Below the pieces are notes generated by a model that saw only the letters and a list, made by a program, of their open reading frames with translations, did no database searches and was not told where the DNA came from. Positions 28,046 to 37,651 of a stretch of DNA of 54,772 nucleotides are shown one piece after another. The translations under genes and the position numbers were made by a program. This stretch comes from a virus: IMG/VR virus record IMGVR_UViG_3300028430_000584; one strand, given 5' to 3'. How positions within the stretch are numbered: position 1 is the first letter of the stretch; each line of letters begins with the position of its first letter.

Positions 28046-28060
28046 CACCTTGAGTGGGGG
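28046..28060 (-). repeat. Dispersed repeat copy (reverse)
   Basis: 5 nt upstream of the minus-strand ATG at 28040. Confidence 0.95.
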
Positions 28061-28063
28061 AGT

Positions 28064-29059
28064 TCACGGGAACGCGTCGTACACAGGCAAGTCTATACGA
28101 GGAGACGGACAATCTCTCCAACCATCAGCGTAAGAAACTTCCCAAGGAGAGTTGCAGGAGATCCAGCCAGGAACAAAGTCTGTGCAGTCTCCGTTGGGGC
28201 AGTAATACTCTGCTACGTCTCTGAAGAAAGTGGCGATGGCGAGAGGGTCTGGCTCTCCGACGACTGACCACTGAAGATAAACAGGCGGATCTCCGGGCAA
28301 GAAAGTCGGAACCAAAGTAGCGTGCCCAATGACACCCAGTCCTTCATAGCAGCAAAACCCGTATGTGGTTTGTAAAAGACCACCTTCTGCGAATGGCCCC
28401 ACTCTTATCATGCCGTTGAAGCAGTCAATCACATTGCCAGAGTAGTAGTATGCTCTAACTGTCCAGCTCGAACAACCGCACAAAGGGACCGCAGTCGGCG
28501 GAGTAGTTGACGTGTCAAACCGAACCGACGGGCAAACCGGCGTGTTGAATGGATCGGTTGTGCCCATCGGCGGAGGAAAAGTGCTGCACGAGCTATCGCC
28601 GTTGATGTCAAGACACGCCGCGCCGCAGATGGAGGAGAAGGGGCCGCTGCCTGAACAGAAGCTGGTGGGTGCACTGCCGGAGCCAGAGCCGCCGCTGCCC
28701 GAGCCGCCAGAGCCGCCAGAGCCGCCAGAGGGAGGGGGGCTGGTAGGTGCGTCTGGGGGGATGGGCAGGAGCGGGGGGATGGGCGGCTCGGGATTGTTCT
28801 GCTGGATGGGGTTGAAGATGCGACCCGGCACGAGAGCGTTCTGACCGGGGGTGGCAAACACCTGCGAGAGGACTTCGGAGAGGGAGGAGTTGCGGTTGGC
28901 GAACTCGCGGTCGAAGTTGATGCGAACGCCCGGACGCACAGTCTCCTGCTGGAAGCCTTGGCGGAGGTTGGACATGGTGGACGGACCCATGCCCGCCACA
29001 AAGTCTTGCAGCCAGCTCGGGAGCGTTCGATAGCCGAAATTGGAAGAGTCGAAGGGCAT
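28064..29059 (-). CDS. Tail-fibre-like modular protein (331 aa): N-domain, Gly/Ser linker, Cys-rich C-domain
   Basis: SGGSGGSGGSGSGGSGSGS linker is encoded by 9-nt repeats near 28702-28728. The C-terminal part at 28064-28560 is visibly lower in GC and has 16 Cys. Confidence 0.4.
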   Translation of the reverse strand: MPFDSSNFGYRTLPSWLQDFVAGMGPSTMSNLRQGFQQETVRPGVRINFDREFANRNSSLSEVLSQVFATPGQNALVPGRIFNPIQQNNPEPPIPPLLPIPPDAPTSPPPSGGSGGSGGSGSGGSGSGSAPTSFCSGSGPFSSICGAACLDINGDSSCSTFPPPMGTTDPFNTPVCPSVRFDTSTTPPTAVPLCGCSSWTVRAYYYSGNVIDCFNGMIRVGPFAEGGLLQTTYGFCCYEGLGVIGHATLVPTFLPGDPPVYLQWSVVGEPDPLAIATFFRDVAEYYCPNGDCTDFVPGWISCNSPWEVSYADGWRDCPSPRIDLPVYDAFP

Positions 29060-29062
29060 GAT

Positions 29063-29986
29063 TCAGAGCCGCCAAGCAACGCCAGTTGCCATCCGCACAT
29101 CCGGGTTGTCCACGGTATTCCGATCGAAGCGAGGCGGGGTTCGCCCCTGTGCCCCCTGCGCCCGGTCACGCAGCGTCTTGACCGCATCCGCATAGCTGCG
29201 ACGGATCAGTTCGAGCTGGCCTTCGGGCATCCGCGCCCGCGTCCCCATCCCGATCGCAGCCCGATAGGCGACCGCCTGCAAGAAGGCTTGCGAGATGGGC
29301 GGAGCCACCTCGTAAGCGTACTTCGTCACACCATTGAAGGTGCCCGAAAGGGCATCACCCAGAGTGATAGTGGAGGCGGCTGCATCGTGAACAACGATCA
29401 GCCGCTCTTGAATGAGGCCGGATGTTGGGATCATCCTGAACATCTGGCCGACCAGCGAGTTGGGCCGTCGATCGACGTAGCCCAGTTGGGGCGTGCCCAT
29501 CGTCACCGTCTTGCCGTCAGCCGCCACCGTACAACCATGAGAGTGGTGGGCGTAGTGCGGCACAAAATCGCCGCTCGGCACAAACCTCAACACAAACGTC
29601 TTCGCATCTGTAAGCGGTGGATCAAAGACGAGCGTGTTCGCCGACAGCCGCCAACCCGGCCCGCTCGGTGCCGTGAGCGAGCGGGGCATCCAGTCGATGT
29701 ACTCGTTGCCGCTGGTATCCAGCTCGACCAGCCGCAAGACGGTGGCAATGATGGGCGGCAGCACAAAGCTCGCTTGACCTGCGGTGGTCGTGAACTGGAG
29801 ACTGCCCACGTAGTTGAGGGTGCTGATGCCCGTGCAACGTGACACCACCTCCTCCTGAGCAGGCAAGATGAAGTGTCGGATCACGTAGTCATCGGTCAGC
29901 TCGCCCTCGCTGGTGGAGCGATTGATGATGGACCACGCCCGCTCAAGCACCGTCTCAAGATACGACAGACTGGGACTCATGTTCAA
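29063..29986 (-). CDS. Hypothetical virion protein (307 aa)
   Basis: ORF track. In the structural block. Confidence 0.5.
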   Translation of the reverse strand: MNMSPSLSYLETVLERAWSIINRSTSEGELTDDYVIRHFILPAQEEVVSRCTGISTLNYVGSLQFTTTAGQASFVLPPIIATVLRLVELDTSGNEYIDWMPRSLTAPSGPGWRLSANTLVFDPPLTDAKTFVLRFVPSGDFVPHYAHHSHGCTVAADGKTVTMGTPQLGYVDRRPNSLVGQMFRMIPTSGLIQERLIVVHDAAASTITLGDALSGTFNGVTKYAYEVAPPISQAFLQAVAYRAAIGMGTRARMPEGQLELIRRSYADAVKTLRDRAQGAQGRTPPRFDRNTVDNPDVRMATGVAWRL

Positions 29987-30583
29987 TCACTCCACGTCTT
30001 TGGTCACAGAGACCTTGCCCTTGCTGTGCCAATTCTCGTTGATCTGCCGCACTTGATCGCTACCCAGCATGTTGGGGTCCATGTAGACACCCGGCTGCTG
30101 CTCGACCGCTCTCGCGGCCTCGTACATGTTGCGTTGCTTGAGCGATCGCACTTGCTGCTTCCTGAACTCCTCCGACCGCACCAGCGAGTCCAGCTCTTCC
30201 TTCTCCTGCGACTGCAACTTCCGCTCAAGCTGCTCATGAGCACTCGGTCCCCGCATCCGCTCGATCCAGGCCCTGAAGTTGAAGTCTGACCCCTCCTGAA
30301 ACGGATGGCAATCGAAACTGGTCAACTCGCGGAAGAGGCCCGGCCCAAACTCCCCACCCGAATGGTCTATGCCCTGACCCCTCAGATGAGGCGGCAGGAA
30401 CACCCACACCCCGATCGAGAACCGCTTAGCCTTGCGGTGGTACATCAGGAACAACCGGCCCTTTGTGTTGACCGCCCTGTCGAGCGACTCCATCGAAGGG
30501 CTCGTGGGCAGCACCTGATGCCAGTCTGCCCTATACCGAGTGCATGACGACGACTCATAAAGCTGATCGACAATCGCAGACAT
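29987..30583 (-). CDS. Hypothetical virion protein (198 aa)
   Basis: ATG 30583 is preceded by GGAGG. The upstream part of ORF 29987..30805 overlaps the terminator and capsid gene. Confidence 0.5.
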   Translation of the reverse strand: MSAIVDQLYESSSCTRYRADWHQVLPTSPSMESLDRAVNTKGRLFLMYHRKAKRFSIGVWVFLPPHLRGQGIDHSGGEFGPGLFRELTSFDCHPFQEGSDFNFRAWIERMRGPSAHEQLERKLQSQEKEELDSLVRSEEFRKQQVRSLKQRNMYEAARAVEQQPGVYMDPNMLGSDQVRQINENWHSKGKVSVTKDVE

Positions 30584-30601
30584 GACGGCCTCCGGGGAGT
30601 G

Positions 30602-30635
30602 AAAAACAAGGGGCCAGCCATCATAGGCCAGCCCC
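30602..30635 (-). terminator. Strand-specific intrinsic terminator after the capsid gene
   Basis: Minus-strand RNA ggggcuggcc-uaugau-ggcuggcccc forms a 10-bp stem with two G-U pairs, followed by uuguuuuu. The plus-strand version would have C-A mismatches. Confidence 0.55.
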
Positions 30636-30671
30636 TCGTCGTGTGCTTCACTTGTCCAACTCTCACCCGAC

Positions 30672-32318
30672 TTAGCCGCCGACCGGCTCAAGGCGGTACT
30701 CGTCCACACCCTCAAGCCGCATACCGACCGGCTGCGCATCCGGCACAAACTGCGTGCGGAGGATGGCGGGGTGCTCCCACGCATCAGTGATGAGGTTGTC
30801 ACCACCGTTCACACCCTGCGTCACGTTGATCCGATCGCTGCCCGTGCCAGTCAGGAGCGGAGCAACCAGCTCAAACCCAGCCGACGGCTCCGCACCCGGT
30901 GCGATCTGGCTGTTCATCAGGGCAGGCGGCACGTACCGCACAAAGTTACCCTGAATGCGATGGCCGTACACAGTGTTGTTCTCGACCCAGTAGCTGGTCA
31001 CGCCACGGTAGGTCTTGCCCTCGTGCTCGAACGTGAAGCCCGGACGAACGCCCTCGCTGTTGAGGTTCTGCGTCTGACCCGTACGCTCACGAGTGAACGA
31101 GTTGATCTGCTGGTTCGCATAGCTGCGCCACACGCCACGGCTCGCAATAAACGTGTCGAGCATCCAGCCGTGCTGATCGTGCGCCTCATTGAACTTGTCG
31201 AGATATCCCGTCAGCTTCGCCTCAGTCAGCACGCCCACGTTCGTATACCGGAGCGACTTGAACTGCGGGTAGTTGTTGACGTTGATGATGCCGCCGAATG
31301 GCCCACCATCATTCACCGCCTCAGCACCCAGCAACTGATCCCGGTTCGGAACCACGCTAGCCGGATTGACAGCACCGAACTTCATGAAGCTGTTGATACC
31401 CGCGATGCCCATGAACGGCAACCCGGAGTTCGTGCCAGTCGCATTCGCGTTCATCGTGTTGGCCAGCACAACCGCATCACCGTTGGCGATGTTGGCCAGT
31501 GCAGCCTGCGAACCCATGAGCCGGAACGTGCCCGTCACATAGTCCACCGAACTGACGATGATGTTGAGGCGGGTCAGCGGCGTCTGATTCCCCAGCGCAG
31601 CCTGCGAGTCGTTTCGACGAGCGAGAGGCCCCGGCGTTGCAGGGGCGTACACGTCAACCTGCATACCCGGAGCAAGGCGGCGAACCGTCTTGTTGTCCGT
31701 CTCCATCGTGCGGACCCACGTAGTCGTCGCACCAATCTGGGTGTTGGTGCCGACGCTGGCCACGTTGCACAGCCGGTAGTTGTCGTTCTGGCTGGCAATC
31801 AGGTAGAAGGCTAGCGTGCGGCTGATGTTGCGAGCCCAGCCCGTCAACTTGGGAGCGATGATCTGACCGACGAACGCGGGGTTCTGCTCAGCCAGCACCT
31901 CAGCCATGTTGAAGCGGATGTTGCCCGTCATACCACGCATCGGAATCGCCAGCCCGTACGTGGTGTTCTCAGCCTGACCAACCGCCGAGGGGAACGTGTA
32001 CTGGCCCCGGCCACGAGCCCGGATATTGCTGCCCGTATCCACCAGACCCGTCTGATCGGTGTCACCAATCAGACCAAACTGGTTGCGTGCCTGCGCACCC
32101 TCGATCACGCCGCTCAGGCCACCCTGATACAGCTTGCGGATCACAAGGTCACGGCCAAAGCCGCTGATGTCACCCGTCGGCATCCCGTTCAGGATGTCGC
32201 CGAAGATCGGCTCCTGAGCAGGCAGAAAGGTGTCGATGGCCGTGTTGATGATCTCTTGGAACTGAACCCGACGATCAATCAGCGGGTTGCCAGCACCAGT
32301 GTTCGGAAAAGAGGACAT
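30672..32318 (-). CDS. Major capsid protein candidate (548 aa)
   Basis: Follows the portal and a scaffold-like gene. GGAG RBS. Followed by a terminator. No family motif was verified by eye. Confidence 0.5.
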   Translation of the reverse strand: MSSFPNTGAGNPLIDRRVQFQEIINTAIDTFLPAQEPIFGDILNGMPTGDISGFGRDLVIRKLYQGGLSGVIEGAQARNQFGLIGDTDQTGLVDTGSNIRARGRGQYTFPSAVGQAENTTYGLAIPMRGMTGNIRFNMAEVLAEQNPAFVGQIIAPKLTGWARNISRTLAFYLIASQNDNYRLCNVASVGTNTQIGATTTWVRTMETDNKTVRRLAPGMQVDVYAPATPGPLARRNDSQAALGNQTPLTRLNIIVSSVDYVTGTFRLMGSQAALANIANGDAVVLANTMNANATGTNSGLPFMGIAGINSFMKFGAVNPASVVPNRDQLLGAEAVNDGGPFGGIINVNNYPQFKSLRYTNVGVLTEAKLTGYLDKFNEAHDQHGWMLDTFIASRGVWRSYANQQINSFTRERTGQTQNLNSEGVRPGFTFEHEGKTYRGVTSYWVENNTVYGHRIQGNFVRYVPPALMNSQIAPGAEPSAGFELVAPLLTGTGSDRINVTQGVNGGDNLITDAWEHPAILRTQFVPDAQPVGMRLEGVDEYRLEPVGG

Positions 32319-32382
32319 GGTTGTTCTCCATCAAGGTGTCGAAGTTCGAGAAGGGAGTTACTACTCCCCTAGTGTAGGCAAG

Positions 32383-33339
32383 TCAAAGAACCCGTGCGTT
32401 CTCACGCTCAATCATATTCCGAGCCGTCTGCTTCGACAGCACGTCAGCCGCCCACTGATTGAGCTGAGTGGAAACCGTGCCCATGTTGTCGCGGCCCGGG
32501 ACAAACTTCTCCGGCGGCTTGACCGTCGGCTTGTTGAGCACGCTTTCCCAAACCCCGCTGGCCGGGCTCGCACCCAACGACTTCAACGCGGACAACAGCG
32601 GCTTGATCGTGTCCAATTGCTTGGCCGAAGCGTCCTTCACAGCCTTGGCCACCGCAGCCTCAGTCACCACGCCATCCCGGTTCTTGACCTCAAGGAGCGT
32701 CTGAATCGCTTCCTTGCGGATCGACTCCTTCACCCCATCAAGGACCTTGCCTGCGTCCTGTCCGGCTTTGGCCTTCTTGAGCAGCCCCTCGATCTGACCC
32801 AAACCATCCTGCGCCTTGATCGACTGCTCCAGCACACTGTTGAACGTGCTTTCAATCCGCTCAGTTGAGCGAACCATCGCCAGCCGCTTCAACTCAGCCT
32901 GCTCAGCCTTCAACGCCGCAATCTGCTGCATCAGATCAGTAACCGTCACATTCGCATCACCGCTCGATGCCGACGTACCCCCGGCGTTCGACTCAACGCC
33001 CACTCTGCTCTGGTCATCGGCCTCAGCCTGAAAGATGGACGACAGCCTCGCCTCGATCTCAGCCGTGCTCAACCCGGCCATCTTCAACGCACGAGTCGCC
33101 GCGTCCCGCTGCTGGTTCTCCGGCAGCGACCCATCGAGCAACTGCTGAGCCGTCTGCACCGCCTCATCTCGTGCCGCAAGCGCAGCCTGAATGTCCTGAA
33201 TGGACATCGCCTTTCCACCAATCTCGATGGTAGTAGGCTGGCTCGGAGCCGCAGGCTGAGCGGGCGGAGTCGAAGGAGTACCACCAGCACCAGCACCAGC
33301 ACCATCCGCGTCAGGAAACAGCTTGATCTTCAGATTCAT
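32383..33339 (-). CDS. Scaffolding protein candidate (318 aa)
   Basis: Ala/Gln/Lys/Glu-rich helical sequence between the portal-size and capsid-size genes. Confidence 0.5.
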   Translation of the reverse strand: MNLKIKLFPDADGAGAGAGGTPSTPPAQPAAPSQPTTIEIGGKAMSIQDIQAALAARDEAVQTAQQLLDGSLPENQQRDAATRALKMAGLSTAEIEARLSSIFQAEADDQSRVGVESNAGGTSASSGDANVTVTDLMQQIAALKAEQAELKRLAMVRSTERIESTFNSVLEQSIKAQDGLGQIEGLLKKAKAGQDAGKVLDGVKESIRKEAIQTLLEVKNRDGVVTEAAVAKAVKDASAKQLDTIKPLLSALKSLGASPASGVWESVLNKPTVKPPEKFVPGRDNMGTVSTQLNQWAADVLSKQTARNMIERENARVL

Positions 33340-33387
33340 GGTTCACTTTCAGGCTACTTGCGTAGCTCACATGGGGGGAAGGGACGG

Positions 33388-35391
33388 TCACATCTGCATC
33401 GGCGGAGCACCCACGGCCCCGCCAGCCGATTGTAGCGGATTCATCGGACCCTGATTGAGCGTCGCCATGTCCACCGGGCTAGGCACCGCTTCAGGCAGCG
33501 TTCGACCCGAGAACTGAATCAGCGCATCTCGATAATCACCCAGCGCGTTCTGCACATCGGGTGACGCAAACTGCACGACGGGACTCGGCAAGAAGTCACT
33601 GAGCAACGCCAATTCCACATCGGGCCGCGTGTTGTACTGCGTCAGCACCACCTCGCCCGGCGACTTGCCATCGTTGAAAATGGTCAGGATGCGGATCACC
33701 GCTGTCTCCTGTGCCGCCTTTTCACCGTCGATGTCCGCAGCCAAGTCGATGCCCTGCTTGATGCAGTACCGCTTGAACGACTCAGGCGTGTTCACCCCGA
33801 GCTTCAATAGCTCAACCGCCTCCATCTTGGCCACCAGCGGATTCTGGGGAGAACCCTCAGTCAGGTCCACCGTCAACAGATTGACGTTGGGCAGCGGGTT
33901 GTCATTGAACTGCACCTGCATGGTGTCCGTGTCAATGCTCACACCCGCCAGATCAAGCGTCAACCTCGACACCGGGATCGGTCGCGGACTAGTCAACAAC
34001 ATGCTCGCAGCATCAATAAGCATCGAGCGATACACGACCGCACAAGCCGCCGTCAGATTGGTCGTGCCCGTCACAGTGCCCGACTTCAACTTGTCGTCCA
34101 GCATCCGCAACCCAGCTGCACTCTCCACTCGACCCTTCTCTCTGGCCAAGTCAGGATACGGATCGACCGTCTGCATGAGCCCCTGAATAAACGCCGCACC
34201 TCGACCTGCCGCGTCTCCCGTGTTGAACGGCGTGATGGGGAACGGTCTGAAGTTCGACTCGTAAAGGGAGGGATCGGGCGAATGGAACAACGCCTTGAGC
34301 CCCGGACCCACCTGCTTGAGCGTGGCATTCGCGTCCATCGTCTGCGGCAACACCACGCACCCAAACGAGTCCATGTCGCTGATGTTCTGCAACATCAGCT
34401 TGACCATCTTCTCCAGCGACCTCGCGTAGTGAAACACGATGTCAAACGCACCGATACCGTAGAACGACCCGTTCTCGATGAACCGTGCGATGCCGATGCT
34501 GGGATAGAGCGGCACGCCCTCTGCCTTCTGATGCAGCAGAATGGATCGCCCACTGCTGACTACAAAGTCATGGACCAACCCGCCGTGCCCGATGTTCCAC
34601 AACTGCCGCGTAAGAATCACATCCTCAAACATCTCATCTCGCGCCTTGCCCGACCCCCCACTCAAGGTGCTTCCGCTTGAGCGGCTGGGCGAGTGCGGAT
34701 AGGAGTTGGCTTCGTGGTGATCGGGTGCGAGCGTGTCGCCGATTCGCCTTCTGTACTTCTTGCAGCCCTGAAGCTCCTTCTCCGTCAGCTTTCGGTCGAG
34801 CTTCTCTTCGAGCATCTTCAGGGGAAACGCTTGGATGCGGATGAACGACTGCTGCTTGGTGTAGTCGGTCGTGGCGGCAGGGAACGGCAGCAACTCGCGG
34901 GGGTGAATCACCTCAAGATGACCCGTGAGCCCCACGACCGGCAAGTCCTTGACGTGACCCTGAATGCCCACACATCCCAGCGAGGCGAGCACGTGCGCGG
35001 CCATCACCTTGAACGGCCTGATGGTGTTGTCGTTGATGATGTTGTCCACGATCACCTGTGCGCCGGCTCGTTCACGCATCGACCGCAGCGACGAACCTGT
35101 GCGACCCACCCTCGGCCTGAAGTCAAGAGAGGCAAGCAGTCCGGTCACTTGGTCGATCTTGCGGACGACTTCCGGTCCCTGCAACTCCAACCGGCCCTGC
35201 TCGTCCAGCTCGTAGGGCCTGATCGTGTTCGACTTGGGATCGAACACGTCGAAGCGGCGGCACCCGTTCAGGTAGTGGTAAACCAGATTCCAGATGAGAC
35301 GACGGTACGAGAACGCCGTGAGCTGCTGCTGCACATGCTCCTCGATGAGGGCTGCGAGGGCTTCCGGGTTGTCAGGCAACGCAACGTGCAT
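33388..35391 (-). CDS. Portal protein candidate (667 aa)
   Basis: Size and position directly downstream of the large terminase. No motif was verified. Confidence 0.55.
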   Translation of the reverse strand: MHVALPDNPEALAALIEEHVQQQLTAFSYRRLIWNLVYHYLNGCRRFDVFDPKSNTIRPYELDEQGRLELQGPEVVRKIDQVTGLLASLDFRPRVGRTGSSLRSMRERAGAQVIVDNIINDNTIRPFKVMAAHVLASLGCVGIQGHVKDLPVVGLTGHLEVIHPRELLPFPAATTDYTKQQSFIRIQAFPLKMLEEKLDRKLTEKELQGCKKYRRRIGDTLAPDHHEANSYPHSPSRSSGSTLSGGSGKARDEMFEDVILTRQLWNIGHGGLVHDFVVSSGRSILLHQKAEGVPLYPSIGIARFIENGSFYGIGAFDIVFHYARSLEKMVKLMLQNISDMDSFGCVVLPQTMDANATLKQVGPGLKALFHSPDPSLYESNFRPFPITPFNTGDAAGRGAAFIQGLMQTVDPYPDLAREKGRVESAAGLRMLDDKLKSGTVTGTTNLTAACAVVYRSMLIDAASMLLTSPRPIPVSRLTLDLAGVSIDTDTMQVQFNDNPLPNVNLLTVDLTEGSPQNPLVAKMEAVELLKLGVNTPESFKRYCIKQGIDLAADIDGEKAAQETAVIRILTIFNDGKSPGEVVLTQYNTRPDVELALLSDFLPSPVVQFASPDVQNALGDYRDALIQFSGRTLPEAVPSPVDMATLNQGPMNPLQSAGGAVGAPPMQM
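34654..34669 (+). repeat. Dispersed repeat copy CCCCCCACTCAAGGTG
   Basis: Antisense within the portal gene, read as TLSGG. Confidence 0.95.
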
Positions 35392-35531
35392 ACTCGCTCC
35401 CAGCTAATCCGATCACTCTTGATCCGCTCCGCCTTCATCCGCATCCTGCCACAGCATCGGGTTCTGGCTCCGTTGCTCACTATATGCTCGCAGCCAGTCC
35501 GCATCTTCCGGCTTCCTCGCTCCTGTCCCTG

Positions 35532-35547
35532 CACCTTGAGTGGGGGG
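35532..35547 (-). repeat. Dispersed repeat copy (reverse)
   Basis: In the terminase-portal intergenic region, 140 nt upstream of the portal ATG. Confidence 0.95.
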
Positions 35548-35629
35548 CTGCCCTCGGTAGTAGGCTTCGGCAAGCAGTCGGAAGAGAGAGAGGGGGATGA
35601 CGACGTGCGAGGGGTGGATAGTCGGTTGG

Positions 35630-37651
35630 TTAGACGAGAGCGTCTCCAACGCGGGAGGAGTTGGGCTTGTAGCGTTTGGCGGCGTTTGTGAGAACAGCAT
35701 CGAATATCTCCGGGGTCACTTGATCGAGTGACGAGATGAGGGGGAGTCCGGTCTTGGGGTGAAGCATACGCCCCTGCTGAACCATCTTGGTGAGGTCGAT
35801 CGCTTCGGGTGCATCAGCGGGACGAAGAGCACGAACACCCGACTTGATGACGAATGAGGACATCGACACTGCATCGAGTGCGTCGTCGTGTTCCAGCCCG
35901 CCGTCGTCTCGCTCAGGGTTGAAGCCGTCGAGCTGCTCAAAGAGCATGGACCAGTTGGGCTGGCTGCGATAGAAGACGGGAAGCTTGATGAGGTTGTGGT
36001 TGAAGCGGTGTTGGAGCGTCGAGATCTTGGCGTTTTTGGAGGCGGTGCCCATACCGCTGAGTTTGTGGATGGCAGGCAGCGAGCCGAGGTCGGAAGTGGA
36101 GGTGCGGCTGTAGACGTTGACGAGGGAGCGGAGCTGGTTGTAGAGAACCAGCGACTCCTTGATCGCTTCAACGTGGATGGAGCGACAGCCCCACTTCTTG
36201 GCCATAGCAAGGATCTCGACGCAGAACTTGTCGAGTGAGGGCTTGCCGCAGTAGAGGTCGAGGACGTACAACTCGTTGAGCGGGGTATGCGCCATCAAGC
36301 AGCACACCTTGAAGTCCGAGTTGGCGTTCTCGGTGTAGGCGTGATCGACCGTCATGAAGAGGCGGCTGGTCGCCAACAGGTTGGTCAGCGTCATCGAATG
36401 CTCGGTGCCGTCGCGGATGGTGTGGACGCGAGTGAGCGAGCCGCGAGGGTCGGTCTGAAGTTTACCGTCAATGGCCGAGAACCAGTAAGAGAGTGGCGAT
36501 TGGGTTTCAGTGAGGGAGGGGAAGAAGGCACGGGAGCCGGTACCGGGCCGTGCCATGTACTCGGCCTCGAATGAGGGAGTGCCGATCGTGGCTCGGATGC
36601 GCTCAAGTGAGAAGCGGCCACGCAGCTCGGGGTTGGCGAGGATGTCGGCCTCAGAGACGGGCCACATGTCAGGCCATGCCGACACGAGGTTGCCCGCATC
36701 ATCGTTGTAGGCGGCACGGATGACAAGCCGGTTCCAGTAGTTGAAACGGGAGTCGAGAGCGAGTGGGCCGTTGGGCGATTCGATCGTCTGCATCGCGCGC
36801 CAGGCGTAGTGGCGGCGGGAGATGAAGGTGGCAATCCAGCGGATGAATGCGCCGGGGATCTGGATCATGGGCAGGACACGCGAGAAGAGCATGTCCTCGA
36901 AGTTGGCACGACGATCGTACATGGAAGTGGAGGAAGTGCCCTCGTACTCAGCGTCGTCGATGTCGATGGAAATGGGACGACGACCACGCATCCGCGACTC
37001 GACAGAGCCGGAGCGGACGTTGGAACCGTTGGTCAGGAAGAAGAACGCGTCACCCCAAGGACGCTCGCCGCGTTTGGGTTGGATGCGACCGCCAAACTCA
37101 GGCAGCGGAGTGAAGTCGTCGAAAATGCGACGATTCTCGGTACACTGAGCCTTGATGCGAATGCCGTTGTCGATGGCGTTGTCGTTGCTGCTGGTGTAGT
37201 AGGTGTTGGACCAGCCGGGGTATGTGAGGCAGTGCATCAAGTTGGTGATGCGAACCTGCGTGGACTTCGAGAAGCCACGCGGGCACACAATGATGGATGC
37301 TGCCTCCTGCGAGTAGTGGCGGCGATCGAACGCAGAGGGGCGAAAGGTGGAGCGGCCCCACACACGCAGCAGACTGAAGTGGGCCGGAGCGGACTTTACG
37401 AGGCCGTTTTGGTAGAACGACGGATCGAAGTCGTCGGCGGGGTCGGGGTAGAGGTAGTAGCGGTTGAAGAAGTTGACTGAGGCTGCGTAGAGGTCAGACT
37501 GGACGGTAGGGTCGGCTGCGTGGACGAGCCACTGACGGCAGGCGTTGACTCGGGCGAGCCGCTGTCCGTCGTCGTCAAGCTCGGGGTAGTCAGCGGGGAG
37601 TGGGTAGTAGGGATTGTTGAGCCGTGAGACTTGGACGACTGCGGGCGGCAT
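35630..37651 (-). CDS. Terminase large subunit
   Basis: Walker-A-like CPRGFSKST. Size about 670 aa. Upstream of the portal. ATG 37651 has GGAG 8 nt upstream. The ORF track also allows a start at 37729. Confidence 0.75.
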   Translation of the reverse strand: MPPAVVQVSRLNNPYYPLPADYPELDDDGQRLARVNACRQWLVHAADPTVQSDLYAASVNFFNRYYLYPDPADDFDPSFYQNGLVKSAPAHFSLLRVWGRSTFRPSAFDRRHYSQEAASIIVCPRGFSKSTQVRITNLMHCLTYPGWSNTYYTSSNDNAIDNGIRIKAQCTENRRIFDDFTPLPEFGGRIQPKRGERPWGDAFFFLTNGSNVRSGSVESRMRGRRPISIDIDDAEYEGTSSTSMYDRRANFEDMLFSRVLPMIQIPGAFIRWIATFISRRHYAWRAMQTIESPNGPLALDSRFNYWNRLVIRAAYNDDAGNLVSAWPDMWPVSEADILANPELRGRFSLERIRATIGTPSFEAEYMARPGTGSRAFFPSLTETQSPLSYWFSAIDGKLQTDPRGSLTRVHTIRDGTEHSMTLTNLLATSRLFMTVDHAYTENANSDFKVCCLMAHTPLNELYVLDLYCGKPSLDKFCVEILAMAKKWGCRSIHVEAIKESLVLYNQLRSLVNVYSRTSTSDLGSLPAIHKLSGMGTASKNAKISTLQHRFNHNLIKLPVFYRSQPNWSMLFEQLDGFNPERDDGGLEHDDALDAVSMSSFVIKSGVRALRPADAPEAIDLTKMVQQGRMLHPKTGLPLISSLDQVTPEIFDAVLTNAAKRYKPNSSRVGDALV

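Noticed and set aside
28670-28740. Short tandem repeats that might suggest a CRISPR array or satellite.
   Set aside because: The units are 9 nt, in frame, and encode a Gly/Ser linker within a protein. There is no spacer-repeat architecture anywhere in the window.
32323-32338. CTCCATCAAGGTG upstream of the capsid gene as an additional repeat copy.
   Set aside because: Only the TCAAGGTG half matches, and the C-run and ACTC are absent. On the capsid-gene strand the complement of this stretch contains GGAG 7 nt upstream of the ATG, so it is probably just the capsid ribosome binding site.
35413-35573. Small ORFs in the terminase-portal intergenic region downstream of the repeat copy.
   Set aside because: There is no convincing start codon in the frame that looks protein-like, and the other frame overlaps the portal gene. 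The region is treated as an untranslated leader.
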